Part shown: positions 22,262 through 35,615 of the stretch, piece by piece
Layout: each line of letters opens with the position of its first letter
Numbering within the stretch: position 1 is the first letter of the stretch
Assembly (NCBI GenBank): GCA_976551045.1
Contig: CDPCPM010000049.1
Location: 6,386,001-6,450,000 of the forward strand
Direction: 5' to 3'
From: Glaucostegus cemiculus
Lineage: Eukaryota
DNA length: 64,000 nt
Position numbers and translations under genes: made by a program
The notes under the pieces: model-generated
Told to the model about the DNA's origin: nothing
Databases searched by the model: none
Seen by the model: the letters and a program-made list of their open reading frames with translations, nothing else

Positions 22262-23980
22262 CTGCTCAAAACATTAGTAGTACAAGTATGGGAGCGGGAA
22301 GTCTCGCTGCCATGTAAGTATCACAAGAGCTGGAACGAGAACGAGAGCGGGAAGCAGTTTAAAAAGGTAGGCCCGTTGTTGTTCTTGTTTCTGTGGTGAG
22401 TTGATAGGCCTGTTGATTAGCTAATTGGATAATTAAGCTGCAGCTCCCAATAAAAAGAAGTTAGGGTCAAGTGGAACAGCCCTTGTTGGAGTGAACAGTG
22501 TTAGAGTGGGGAGCTGAGGCTTTCGCTCAAGAGGCTTCGGCGTAAAGAGACTGAGTAGGTGAGCAGAGGTTTCTGGTAGGTTCTCTTTCTTTATTTGTTA
22601 TTTTCTTTGTATGGAACAGTGGGACAGTGGTAATGACAGTCAGGACAGAAGAGTGCTACTCCTATAGAATGTGGGAAGTCAGGGAGACCTCCAGTCTGCA
22701 GCTGCGGCTGGCTGCAGCTCCTTGCAGACCATGTTAGGGAGCTGAAGCTGCCGCTGGATGAACTCTGGATCATTTGGGAAGCTGAAGAGATGATATGTAG
22801 GAGTTACCAGGGGGCGGTTACATCTAGGGAGCGGGATGTAGGTAGTTGGGTGACTGTTAGGAGAGAGAAAAGGAATAGGTAGTTGGTACAGGATACCCTG
22901 GTGACCATTTTCCTTGATAACAAGTATGTCGTTTTGGATGCTATTGGGGGGAATGAATCACTGGTGGAGAGCCACAGCAGCTGGGTCTCTGGCACGGAGT
23001 TTGGCTCTGTGGCTCAGAATGGAGGTGGGGGGTAAGCAAAAGAGGAGTGCAACAGCAACAGGGGAGTTATTGGTTAGGGGAACCGACAGGAGGTTCTGTG
23101 GATAAGGATGAGATTCTCAGACAGTATGCTGCCTCCCAGGTGTCAGGGTCAGGGACGTCTTGGGTTGAGTGCACAGCATTCTTAAGGGGGAGGAGCCAGA
23201 AGTCGTGGTGCACATTGGCACCAATGACATAGGTAAGAATAGGGATGAGGTTGTGAAGAGTGAGCATTGGGAGTTAGGAAGGAAGCTAAAAAGCAGGAGC
23301 TCAAGGGTAGTAATCTTTGGATTGCTGCATGTGCCATGCGCCAGGGATGGATAGAATGGAAGATATGACAGACTAATGAGTGCTGAATAATTGGTGCAGG
23401 GGTAGGGGTTCAGATTTGTTGATCATTGGGATTTTTTCTGGGATAGGTATGACCTGTACAAAACGGACAGGTTACACCTGAACTCGAGAGGGACCAATAT
23501 CCTTGTGGGGAGGTTTGCTGGAGCTGTTGGGGAGGGTCTAAAATCGGTTGGCAGGGGGATGGGAACCAGAGTGTTTGATTAGAAGACGGATCAGTTGGTG
23601 TAGAAGTAGATGCAATGTGTGAAGAGAATGTGAGGAAGGATAGGTGGGGGACGGTGCTTAAATGCACTCAGATGGGTCGAAGTGCGTTTACTTTAATGCA
23701 ACAAGTGTTATGGATAAGGGTGATGAACTTGGAGCATGGATCAGTACATGGAATTAGGATGTTGTGGCCATTACAGAGACTTGGCTGTTGCAAGGGCAGG
23801 AGTGTCTGCTTGAGGTTCTGGGGTTTAGATGTTTCAAGAGGGATAGGGAGGGAGATAGAAGGGGTGGGGGGGTGGCCTTGCTAATCGGGGATAGTATCAC
23901 AGCTGTAGGAAGAGAGGGCATCATAGAGGGATCATCCATTGAGTCAGTGTGGGTGGAAGTCAGAAACAGGAAGGGAGCAA
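22262..23980 (+). mobile_element. 5' end of a CR1 LINE: 5' UTR, ORF1 (esterase/SGNH domain) and the start of the ORF2 endonuclease; disrupted
   Basis: Fragments LLVRGTDRRFCG, HSILKGEEPEVVVHIGTNDIG (CR1 ORF1 esterase), AITETWL and RRGGGVALLI (APE endonuclease), with many stops and frameshifts. Confidence 0.88.
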
Positions 23981-24380
23981 GTTCCCTGGAGTGAAGAAGG
24001 CTGAGAGGTGACCTGATAGAGGCATTTTAAGTTATAAGAGGCACTGATAAGGTGGATAATCAGAATCTTCTTTCCCCATGGTAGGTGTATTAAAACAAAG
24101 AATGCATAGACTTAAGGTGAGAGGAAGGAGGTTTAAAGGAAATTTGAGGGATTTTTTTTACACACAGAAGTTGTTATCTGGAACTCACTGCAGAGGGGGT
24201 GATGGAATCAAATACAGTTGCTATATTTTTACAGACATTTGGACAGGCACTTAGGTAGGCAAGGCATAGCAGGATACGGACCTAGTGCAGGCAGGTGGCA
24301 ATGATATTGATGGTAAAAAGGTTGATGTGAATGTGGTGAGCCCAAAGGCTTGTTTCTGAGCAGTACAACTCTGACTCTAT
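23981..24380 (+). mobile_element. CR1 3' terminal fragment
   Basis: ggctgagaggtgacctgatagagg, cccaaaggcttgtttctgagcagtac and an aactctgactctat tail. Confidence 0.85.
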
Positions 24381-24384
24381 AAAT

Positions 24385-24488
24385 TCTAGATTATAAACTG
24401 AATTTAGGTTCTGCAATTGCCATTTTGGATTCTGAGTTTGGTTCCCTGGATTGTTACTCCGATGAGTTAATCACTGCACCACCGCCAC
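24385..24488 (-). mobile_element. 5' head of the Meta-like SINE whose 3' half lies at 21628-21795
   Basis: ctagattataaactgaattt...ttgccattttggatt...ctggattgttactc...cactgcaccaccgcc is the reverse complement of the tRNA-like head seen at 38820. Confidence 0.55.
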
Positions 24489-24516
24489 TTGAATAACTGT
24501 AGTTTTAGAAGAATAT

Positions 24517-24865
24517 GGTGATCTCATTAAAACACGTAAGATTCTGAAAGGAATATACAGAGTAGATAATAAAGGCTGCTTCCATTGGGTGGAGAGCTTA
24601 GAACTGGAGAGCATAGCCTCAGGATAAGGGGTTGGCCACAGCCCTGACATGAAGATTCATTACGTGCAGACAATTGTAAGTCTTTGTTATTCTCTGCCTG
24701 AGAAGTCGGCATTTGTTCAGTTTTTGGCTATTGATGGATTTGTAGGTGCCAAGGGTATCAGTGGATATGGGGATCATGTGGAAAACTGGGTTAGAGCTGG
24801 ACAGTCAGTCTTGATTTTACTGACTGGTGGAGCAGGTCCAGCTCCTGCTCTCTCTAATGTTCTTA
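24517..24865 (+). mobile_element. Older CR1 3' fragment
   Basis: ggtgatctcattaaaacacgtaagattctga, gcatagcctcaggataagggg and a ctcctgctct...atgttct tail. Confidence 0.7.
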
Positions 24866-27800
24866 ATTTGCAGATATTTCATGATCCTTTTTCAGTGCTG
24901 CTAGAAGGTGGCACTTTCTGCTGCTGAGCAGGTGTTCAACTGCTGGAGGTTGACATGTGTAATCTAGAACACTGAGATCCAAAGTGGCTCCATAGGTGTA
25001 AAATCAGTGATGCATGCTGATTGCATTCGTGATCTGCCTATTCTGCATACTTACAGCTGGTGTTAATGTCGTAACCAATGGTTCTCTTCCCAGTATGGCT
25101 AAAATGTTTCCACGTGTTTCGCTTTCCATTAGTGAGAAATTAACTGCAATACCCAAACAACAGGCTGTGTGCAACACTGTTTTGCAGTTAATCTGTATTA
25201 AAATAGGTGGCTGAGGATCTTCACAATTGAGATGTTTTGTTGGCTCGTGTTGCATTGTACAACAGACCTTTGGGGAAAATGATTTATGCTCCAAACGAGA
25301 TTTCCCCCAATTTCTTCATTTGACCTTAACAAAATAACCTTAAATACTTTAATCTCTTGTGTTGCATTGCCTCTCCCTAAAACATAGCTATGTCTGCAAG
25401 TTGCAAGCCACCCTGACCTATGTCTAAATTCTAGATCTCCCTCCTCCATTGGGAATACCCTTTTTATTGAGGTTACAGTGGCTCATGAAGGTGGGTCATC
25501 ACTGCCATCTCAAGTGCCATTAGGTCAGGAAGAATTATTGTTTGCCTTTCCAGTGACACTCTCATTCTCTATATCCATGTTAAAATTGAACTTGCAGTAT
25601 GGAACTGCCTCTGCAGCAGCAGAGATAGAGGTACCTGTCTGAGATTGTGGCTGAGACATGTTTTTGAACAGAGCTTTGTTTTACTCTGCAATTGCTTGTG
25701 TTTTACCTAACATTTTGATCCATTGGTACAATTGTCAGAATACTGTACACACTTGTGCAAATAGTATCTGTGTATGCCCGAGATTGTGGAAGAACCAATG
25801 CAGGCAATGATTACAGGCAGCCTTGTTAATTATAGGGACAGTTTAACTCAGAAGTTCAAAACATCTTACAAAGCAGATAAAAGAAACTGAAGGAAGTCAA
25901 AAATCAGGGAATGTACACATCGGTGAAAAAGATATAGAATGATGCAAAAAAATGAAGGATCAAGTGGACTAAAAACTCGTGGTAATCGAGGTAGCTTGAT
26001 CGAGGTAGCTTGTTTTTTTTTGTTCTGAAGAATTATGGCACTTCAATATTTTAACCTTTGGTCAAGTTGTGTGTTCTGTTCAAACAGTATGAATTGCAAA
26101 CACTTAGTGCCATCTTAGCAGCTGATAGCTATTGAAGGCTGCCATTTATTCTCCTCTGCTCAGAAAAAGTATAATGACTACCTTTGTCTGTAGGTTGATT
26201 GGATTGCACGTCAGATAAAGGCTCGTGAGAGCTTGCAATTAGCATGAAATTTGAAAAGAAAATGTAACCTCTGCTACTGATGCTGGATGGGTTGCTCTGG
26301 GCCTCTGGTGATGACTTGTTGGCTTCAGGTGGCTGGTTGACATTGCTCGTCAGCAAGACTTCCTAAACTACATGTCTTAGCTGGTCATGAGATAAAATTA
26401 CTGTCATTAGCACTGTCTTTTATGGCATTAATATACTATACATAATGAGTAAAATACATCAGTAAATACTTATATCAATGCTATAATGAAGTGCCTTCTG
26501 AAATGTTGGGAAATGTATCAAATATCAGTATTCTGTGAGTGTGTCCTTAGACTATGTTTCAGAACAAATTCTTGGCTCAATTAAGTTAACAGATGGCAAC
26601 AAATCTTTTTTCTTTCTATGAATGTTTTTCTTCTCAGTCACGTGGTCCAATTGAAAATGCATAATAAAAATACTGTGAGTCACATTTGTCCTTTATTGTA
26701 ACCATAGTTGTGAAAATTGCAGGCAGATTTTCATATTCAAAATTCCTCTGATATTAATCCAGGCAAAATTATTTGATGAGCAACTTAAGTAAAACTAATT
26801 AGAATTTGCCCTACTGGAAAATTTTGATAGAAAACTAATGTTAGGATGCTTTATTAGCATGGCTTAAGAGCCAGCCTTTTCCTCTTTACGCTGTCATGTT
26901 GGAAGTGTTTCCCAGGTGTTTTGCCAAGTTGATTTAAACCTAAATAAATTCTTTACAAAGGTCATATGCTGAGGACGAGATTAGGGATGCTTGGCATTCA
27001 GCCTGTTTGGTCTTGTTATCTTTACAAGACTCATTACGACTCATCTCTTCCTCCATCTGGAAAAAGCCCTCAAGGAACTAAAAGCTTGAAAGATTTCACT
27101 TTAAAAAGATGTGACAGGGAATCAAAATACATTAAAGCTCAAAAACCAAAAAATGCAGATATTGGATTTAAATAACATGACCCCTTCTTTACTATGAACA
27201 AATAAACACAAGCAGGATTCTTTTTCTGTAGCTGCGCTGGCTTTCTAGACGATGCAAAAGTAAGTAATTCTGTTAATTTTTAAAAAATGCCATAGTTAAC
27301 CAAGAAAGTATTGTGTTAGGCCAAGACAATTTTATTAATAATAGCAATTAAAAGTTAATTATTTTGTATTGAGGTTGTGCTCACTCAGTGACCAGGTTGC
27401 CACAATCTCACAGATTAAAGAGGTCCCTTATTTCAGTCCCAAACTATAAAGTGATGATTGAAATAAGTAAAATCAGTCAGCATTTCTACTCCTGATCCCT
27501 TTCACTTACCTGTGTGAGAAAGATCAGGCTTTTGTTTTCAGCTCAGACTAGAATCAAGGACAGTTTTGATTCTCTGTCATGATTCAAGTTGCCAGAAAAC
27601 TCAACATCATAATTATGAACGTTTCATAACAATTTCCTGACTTGCTATGCTAATGATTTGACAAAGGAATTAACAAGTAAATTTATGCAATGTTTTTGCT
27701 GAAAATAAGACTAAGCTTACAATTCTACGTAATGTACAACCAACAATTGGCTAATTCAAAGCAATCACAACCACACTATGTCAAAATATTTTTTTGATAA

Positions 27801-28062
27801 CTACAGAACCTTCTAACAATAGAGCCCAGGAGGAGACTATTTAGCCAATGGATCTCTGCTAGTTTCCACTTGTCGTTAATGCTTCATCTGCTACTTTTGT
27901 ATTTTGAGAATTACGTATTTGAATCCCGAGACATTTCTGTTATTCATACTCTTCCCCATCTCTACATTCAGTATGTAGTCCCATTTACCTCTTTAAAGTT
28001 ATCAACCTTATCCACATTCACTAATATTTACGGCTTGATTGTCTCATCTCATACTTCTCATG

Positions 28063-28391
28063 ACACAGAAGGAGGCCATTCAGCCATTTGAGTCTATGCT
28101 GGTTCTCCAACCACTCCCATCAGCTCACTTCCCCACATATTTCCCTGTAACCTATTCTCACTCTGATGTCCATCAATTCCACCCTGATTCTCCTAAAAGC
28201 TACCTACACTCCAGATAATTTACAGTCGTCAGTTAACCTAGCAGCTGGACTGTCTCTGGGATATGGGAGAACATCTGTATTCACAGGGAAAACATGCAAA
28301 CTCTACACAAACAGTACCCAAGGTCATGATCAAACCTGGGTCACTGGAGCTCTGAGACAGCAGAACTACCTGCTGCACTACTGCATTGCTC
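28063..28391 (-). mobile_element. Older V-SINE (HE1-like)
   Basis: acagaaggaggccattcagcc tail, cacagggaaaacatgcaaactctacacaaacag V core and gatcaaacctgggtcactggagctctgagacagc head, all antisense. Confidence 0.7.
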
Positions 28392-28545
28392 TGTTCTGAT
28401 AATCCACCAATATTTTATTGAAGTCTTCCACCTTATTTATCGCTCATTAAACCCAGAGTCAGCAGCACAAGTTTAACACTTTGTTCCAATACCCAAGTGT
28501 AAATCATCGATGTATACCCAGAATAAAAGCGACTGATTTTCAGTT

Positions 28546-28622
28546 GTCAGCCTTGATTCAGTGGTAGCACATGCACCTCTGAACCAAAAGGTCTTGGGTT
28601 CAAGCATATAATTTAGCCTGCC
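28546..28622 (+). mobile_element. tRNA-like head of a SacSINE1-like SINE
   Basis: gtcagccttgattcagtggtagcac...ctctgaaccaaaaggtcttgggttcaag; homologous to 52241 and 54998. Confidence 0.55.
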
Positions 28623-28714
28623 ACAATGTGGTACTAAGAGATTGCTACACAGCCTGAGGTGACAGTCAAACATGTCACCGAATGGCTGCTGTATATTATG
28701 AGGAGGAGGTGTTA

Positions 28715-28960
28715 ACACATGAATAGTGTGGTCCACATCAGTATCAATGGAAAAAGTGATGAAGTCCTGCAAGCAGATTTTAGGGAGTTATCAAACAAGC
28801 CCTCAGAGTCTGAATCTCCAGTGGCATGTGTTAGTGAGTACTGAACCAGGAGGATAGGTTTGAATTTACAATTTGTGAAGCAGGGATAAGATTCCTGGGA
28901 CAATGATATCAGTTCTGGGAGGCCTGAACAAGCCAGGATGGTTGCACCTTAAGAAAGCTG
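28715..28960 (+). mobile_element. Decayed CR1 ORF1 (esterase) fragment
   Basis: gtggtccacatcagtatcaatg (VVHI.IN) and gatgaagtcctgcaagcagattttagggagtta (DEVLQADFREL), homologous to 23200-23300. Confidence 0.55.
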
Positions 28961-30258
28961 GTGCTGATGTCGTGGGGAATAGGGAGAAGTGTGACTGAGA
29001 GATAGGGAGATTTTAAACTAATTTCCCAGTGGGTTAGGCTCCAGGTTTTAATATAAGAAAAAAAGAAATAAGATGCCCAGTATTGGGAGAAGCAGAAAGT
29101 GACCCCCTTCTCAGACCACCAAGGCACTTTCTCCCCCACTATACATAGCAAGTGACCCTCAATCTTCATTCCAGCCAAACATCCTGAACACTTTTACAAC
29201 CTGTTAATCTGACTCCTCTTGTGAACCACTGACCAGAACTCCCCAAAAGTTTCCAGATCTCTGGCAGCGGACACCCCCACCCACTTCCTGACCCCCACCC
29301 TCCTACCTTTTCTGTGGGCCTCTTTTCTGCAAGCCAATCCATAGTTCCCCAGTCCCTAGTTCCAGCAGTGAACTTGCTTGATTTTTTTTTGCTATGTTTT
29401 GCAATGCATAAAGCCTATTCAATAGACACATACTCTGAGCCCTATGCACTACTGAATTTTGCAGCAGTAGTTCATGGAAATCATCATCCACTGAAACCTG
29501 CCAATACACTGACAGTTTATCATGCCTAAACTGGTGCCATTTTCCACATGGATATCTTAAATCTCTCTCATTTATCTTGGTGTCAGGATGTAATCATCCA
29601 CCTTTCATCAGAGGCACTTGGGTCATGGAGCAAAAAAAGTCAATTTAGCATATTAGACCTGACTTAAATGCAGGTTTTAAACAAAGAGAGGAAGGCAGGC
29701 AGAAAATGAATGCAAGCACTAGAGGCAAAGCAATAAATGTGGAATTTCTATCCAATTTTAAAACTCAAAATAAAGCCTTCCAACCACTCTGATTGCAGAA
29801 GTGCCACAGCTGACAGCAATTTCATGTGAATGGACTAAAGGCAGGGTGTCAATTCAATTTACCAGCAGAGCATTCCATGAAAAACACATCTGTCACCTGA
29901 AAATAGTATGATTTAATTTAAATCACTTTTGAACAGCTGGATCAGAAATGACTGCTAATTAGTTACCATCTTTATCTTTGTTCATCAGTGACTAAGATTG
30001 GAACATTGCATACAACTGACACTTAATTTAGCACTGGTGGCCATTAGCATTTCAACTGTATAAAGGAGCAATTGGTTAATGTCAGTACAAATGGAAAAGG
30101 ACTTCCAGAAGCAGCAATAAAATGGCACAGGGTACGTACCACACCTCTGAACTATTAAAAACAAAAAAAAAGAAAATGCTAGAAATACTCAACAGATCAA
30201 GCAATATTAATATTATTTATTAGCAATAATATTAAAAGCATAACTATTGTAAATTGAT

Positions 30259-30797
30259 GAACTGGTTTATTATTGTCACATATACCAAGGTACAGTGAAA
30301 AATTTAATTTTGCATGCAATCCACACAGATCATTTCATTACAACAGTGCACTGAGGTAGTACAAGGGAAAACAATAACAATGCAGAATAAAGTTTTACAG
30401 TTACTGAGAAAGTGCAGTGCAGGCAGATAATAAGGTGCAAGGTCATAATGAGGTAGATTGTGAAGTCAAGAGTCCATCTTATCGTACTAAGGGACAGTTC
30501 AATAGTCTTACAACAGTGGGACAGAAGTTGTCCTTGAGCCTAGTGGTACGTGCTTTCAGGCTTTTGTATCTTCTGCCCAATGGTAGAGGGGAAGAGAGAA
30601 TGTCCAGGGTGGGTGGGGTCTTTGATTATGCTGGCTGGCTGCCTGCCTTACCAAAGCAGTGAGAAGTGTAGACAGAGTCCATTGAGGGAAGGCAGGTTTC
30701 CATGATGTGCTATGTCCACCGCTATTTGCAGTTTCTTGCAGTCTCCGGCAGAACAGTTGCTATACCAAGCCATGATGCATTTGGATAGGATGTCTTT
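30259..30797 (-). mobile_element. Rex1/Babar LINE 3' end (ORF2 C-terminus and 3' UTR)
   Basis: Minus-strand peptides ILSKCIMAWYSNCSAGDCKKLQ and IIKDPTHPGHSLFPSTIGQK(frameshift)YKSLKARTTRLKDNFCPTVVRLLN are typical of the Rex1 C-terminus; the tail is gtgacaataataaaccagttc. Confidence 0.85.
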
Positions 30798-31204
30798 AGG
30801 CTGGTCTTTGTTAATGAAGAATTTTTGTACACTTGCATCTCCTCCTGAGGTAACTTCCTTTTGTAACACTTTGGATACTATTAGTTTTCTTCACACCATT
30901 ACAATACAGACTTGAATTCCCTATTTTATCTACAACATACTGAGTTTCCATGATGCATTGCAAACATGCAGACTCACCTCAGAGCTTTGGAGGCACACAC
31001 CACAAATACAAAATACCTGTCTCTGGGTTGTCATGTGATCATCTGAGAGGGCGTTTGTTTCTGGGAGACTCCACACTGTGCAGATTGATATCATGGTAGC
31101 TAATGTAAGTTTCAAAATCAATAATTCATTGAGGTTTTGAATAGATGGCAGCAGTGAAGGAGGGGGAAATGTTCACCTTTCATTTGAAACTTTACAGTAC
31201 TAGC

Positions 31205-31830
31205 TATATAAATGCTGTGGCTACAGGAACAGGTTCAAGACTGGGTATCCAAGAGTTAGTCGGTCATTTCCTAACTCTCCAAGACTTTCCAGCATCAGCA
31301 AAGCAGAAGTAGAACTGCAATGCAATGCTTGCCTGGATGAGTGCAGCTCCAATATTGCATAAGCATCATAACATTACCCAGAAAAAAAGCAGGCCTCTTG
31401 AATGATACCACTTCTATTTGCAGCTCATCCTCCACTGCTGGCACACCACGGCTGTGGTGTGTACCGCTTACAAAATGAGCTGCAGCAATTTTCCTTCGCA
31501 TCTGTGAAAGCACCTCCCAAGCCTGTGGCCTTGTGTACAAAGAAGGACAGGGGCAACGTGGATGTGGGTTTGATACTTGCAATGTTGCAGATGTTTGATA
31601 TTACTCTGTTTCTATAAATGCATTTCACTTTCAATATGACAACAGCATGCATGCATCTTACATTATCACGTCTTGGTAAAATGTTGTTCTTCCATCCTTA
31701 CTCCACAGCACTGTAGGAATGCTTCCATCACAAGGACTGTAGTACTTGGAGAAAGTTGCTCACCACCGCTACTACCATTTCATGGGAAGTTAGGGATGGC
31801 CATGCCAAAGATGTCTGCCTAAAAAAAAAT
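31205..31830 (+). mobile_element. L2/CR1-group LINE 3' fragment
   Basis: cttgcctggatgagtgcagctccaa (LAWMSAAP), gtgtgtaccgcttacaaaatg, gctcaccacc...tagggatggc tail and polyA. Confidence 0.65.
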
Positions 31831-32779
31831 TAATATAAATCTAATTAGAGCTAGCTTTTCCTTATGTGCTAAACTCAAGAATGCATCATAATCTTTTGCA
31901 GAGGGCATGTTGCACACTTGTCAACAACTGCAGTAGATACAGGGCAGCACCATCTGATGCAAGGACACCCACGGCCAGCTTTTATGACACAATGGTAATT
32001 ACAGTCTAAAACCCGTGCCGCACCAACTTCAGCAAAACCAAACTGGACAATCAGTGTTAATCCATACTGGCATGTCTGCAGACTTATACCTGAACTTTGG
32101 ATTTCATTTTCCTTCCTTTATAATCTGTCACCGGTGAAGGTTGATAATGGGTTAAGGCACCTTCCTGAAATTTGCTAAAAGCTTTTGCAAGTTCTGTAAC
32201 CCGATGATGAAACTCCTTCTTTTGTCCTTGTCCCTTTTAAATTTCACAAGCACGTGCTTTTTGCACCAGTCATTATTTACAGCCATGTCTGAATCTGGAG
32301 CTGTGAATAATTATTATAATCACCTGACTTAGAAAATTTGGAGTGAAGCTAGCATGCTTTCAATTTAAGACTACTGCTATCCATTTGAACAAAAACTGTA
32401 CCATGTTCAAAACTCCAAGTTTGTGCTTGAGATCATAAACACTGTTCGAGAAGAGAAAGTGTGTAAGATGCATGCATGATATAGCCATTGAGAGTGAAAA
32501 GCCTATGTAGCATCCAAGGTGATAATAGTGGAGCAATTTGCACAACAGCTGAAAAAGAATGGAATAGTCAGAAACAAATACCATTTTAATGTTCATAAAT
32601 GCTACTATTACTTTTTCACCATTTAACATTGAAGTAGTTTCCCAGAAAGTTTCTATAATAACTGACCATCCAGTCAGCAAGAGTCAGGCTCAGGCTGAAG
32701 CGTTTGCAACCATCTATATATAACAAGTAGATGAGGACCAAATCAATGATCGATCCTGCTACATCATCACCATCTACTT

Positions 32780-33445
32780 CACAAGGGAAAATCTGCTATA
32801 GTGTGCGTTGACTGGAAGAGTCAAATTCAATTACAGTGAGATCAGTCCGCTCAGAATTATTAGCCAAGTGACAGAAGAGGTTGCCAATAGTGCTTTCTAT
32901 TGTGACTCATTTACCAATAGCCTGCTTCCTTTACGCAGGGCGAGTTCTGCTGGGGCTACTTGGCTCCAAACCTCATTGCAGCCTTGGTCCAAAACTGAAT
33001 TCCAGAAGTGAGGTCAGAATGACTGGCCTTGACCCCAGGGCAGCATTTGATTGAATATGGCATCAAGTAAAATTAAAGTTGATGGGAATTGGGAATAACT
33101 CTCCACTGGCTGGAGTCATACATTAATATAAAGGGAAATAGTAGTGATTGATGAAGGCTAATGCTTTTATCCCCAGAGTATTTGCTGGAAGAATTCCTTT
33201 GGGCAGTATTCCAGGCCTGACCACCTTTAGCTGCTTCATCTGTGACCTTCTCTCATAAAGTCATGCACCACCTTGACTTGGACATATATGGCTATTTCTT
33301 CTTCAAAATCTGTTCCCCATAGCAACACTCTTTACCCACCACTAAGATGGCAGTGGTTCAAGAAGAGAGCTTATCACCACCTTGAGAGCGATAAGTGAAG
33401 GACAATAAATACTAGTCTTGATCTTTGGCACTGTTATTCCACATA
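32780..33445 (+). mobile_element. L2/CR1-group LINE, RT fragment joined to the 3' tail (internally deleted or two pieces)
   Basis: gccttgaccccagggcagcatttga (LD..AAFD-like), ggcagtattccaggcctgaccacctttagctgcttcatctgtgacct (GS.LGP..F...I.DL-like), then gcagtggttcaagaag and ggacaataaatac. Confidence 0.6.
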
Positions 33446-35324
33446 CAGTTTAAAATCACAGAAATTCATGGGACTATAAAAGAAAACATTTGGTACAGGT
33501 CCATGCCAGCTTAAAAAAATGAATAAAAACAAATCACTAGCCTTTGCTCCACTTCTCTTAATTTCCTTAGTTGACAAAATCTATTATTCTCAAATTTGAA
33601 ATGAACATTTAACCTTGCATCAATTGCCCTTGGTGCAATCAGACAGAAAGTTCCTTCAGTTCTGGTAGAGATCTACAGAATCACCAACACCCCAAAATAT
33701 ATCACTGATTTAAAAAAAAACCTTTGTGGTACAAGTCTTCTGTTACTGTAAACCAGTTTTTGATTACAATGAGCATTGCCACAAAATCTAGCTTTTTATT
33801 TGATTATATACAGGACCTTTTTTATTCTTGTCAGTTTTGCTGTGATAGCTCAGCTGGAAGTTCAGTTCTTGAGTGCAGATTCTCTCAGTGCTAATTCTTT
33901 CTTCTCCTCTGTATGAAGTAAGTTAACATCAGTTGGTATTCACATCTGGACATTAAAGGCAAGTGTCTTCTGTTACTTAAACTAACCCATTTTGTTGATA
34001 AACCAGAAGTAGGAAAAAAATCAACTCATTGCCTGAAACCTTCCTCATTTCTCTGGCCATTTGCTGAGTGAATTAAGCAAGTCCAAGCTTATACTGGTAC
34101 CTTTCTGTGATTCAAGAAAGGAGGTACATAAAGGGGACTCAGCCCTGGATTAGTCCAGTGCAAGTGTTAATAAGAGCTCTGCATTTTGAAGAAAATATGC
34201 ACTTCCTCACTATCTTTGGTCACAGGCAAATAACACAGAGACATTCAGTCCTCAGTTGCCTTGGATCCTGTGCTGTGATACTGCCATCTACTGTTAACCA
34301 ACCTTTGCCAAGGGGTTTTGGCAAACTACTTCTGTTTCCTTTGTTGGACTGACTTGTTGCCATTTATCCGTCAATGATAATTTGTTGCTGGCAGAATTGT
34401 GGAAACTGTTCTCAGTTATAATTGTGATCCAATTCAGATTTTATCAGGTGCTTTTATGAAAAATTAAGCTTGTTGTATCATAGGCATTACTTTCATTGCA
34501 CCAGTAAAAAGTAAATATTCAATAGTTCAATCATATCAGACTTTAAAATGTAGCCCAACAATTTGAACAATTGTTTGCTTTTATTGTAAAGCCTAATGTT
34601 TATTTTAAGTTCTGGAAGTAATGGCAAGGGTCTTGGAGAGGGATATTTTTCAGCCTGATACATTACAAGCTCAGGTATTACAAGTTTCAACTATGCGCCA
34701 CATATGAAATCAATTTCTCTAGCTCTCTGGCTCAAACGTTAATGCAAGTGAATAATGTAGGCTTGATCTTTTGCTTTACTATCTCAAGATTGACTTTCTG
34801 CCACATGAAGCAAGCAACCTTTAGCACATCAGGTAGGCCAGAATTCCCAAAAATCTGTTCTTTACTCTGCAATTATTAGTTTAGAGGTTTAAAAATGTAT
34901 TTTTAATCTTCTACGTGAAGCTTTTGTTTGCAATCATGGGATCTAATGCAATGCATTTCTTTGAAAAGTATGCAGTGGTGTAGTGAGTTAGTGTGACAGC
35001 TAGTGAATACAGTATGCTTCTCAGATCTCCTGCTCTCTATAGAGTTAAGATAGATAGGCTAGAATTTCTCATTGGATCATTGTGTTACACAACCTGCCTG
35101 TAATATTGAAAGTTGCTTAGATTGTAAAAACACTTTTTGTAGTTGTTGTGAATGTAATCATTTTACTCCTTCATTCTCAGTGTTTCCAAGAAACCTCTAC
35201 CTTTTTGCAAAAGGGTCAGCCATATTGTGGGCTTTTATACTTTGAGCACACTTGGGAACTTCTGCATTCCACAGTAAAATGAAAGGCCAATGCTTTTATT
35301 TTAAAACTATACTGTGCATTCTCC

Positions 35325-35615
35325 TCTTCCATTCAGGGGACGAAAAACCAGTGTTTATTGCCCATTTCCAATGGTCCTCAAGTAGGTGGTAATGGCCCAC
35401 ATACGTGAGTCACTGCTGTCCTCCAATGTGCTCTTAGGGTAAGGGAGTTCCAGGTTTTGACCCAACAGAGATGAAGGAATGGGAACATACTTCCAAGTCA
35501 CAAAGGTGTGTAACTTGGGGGAAACTAGCACCATTTGGCTTTCTGTGTCGCCTGCTGATCTTGTCCTTCCATAGGTAAAGATTAGCTATTTGGGAGGTGC
35601 TTCTGAAGAAGCTTT
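35325..35615 (-). mobile_element. L2/CR1-group LINE 3' end (antisense)
   Basis: tttattgcccattt, gggagttccaggttttgacccaacagagatgaaggaatgg and atacttccaagtca. Confidence 0.65.
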
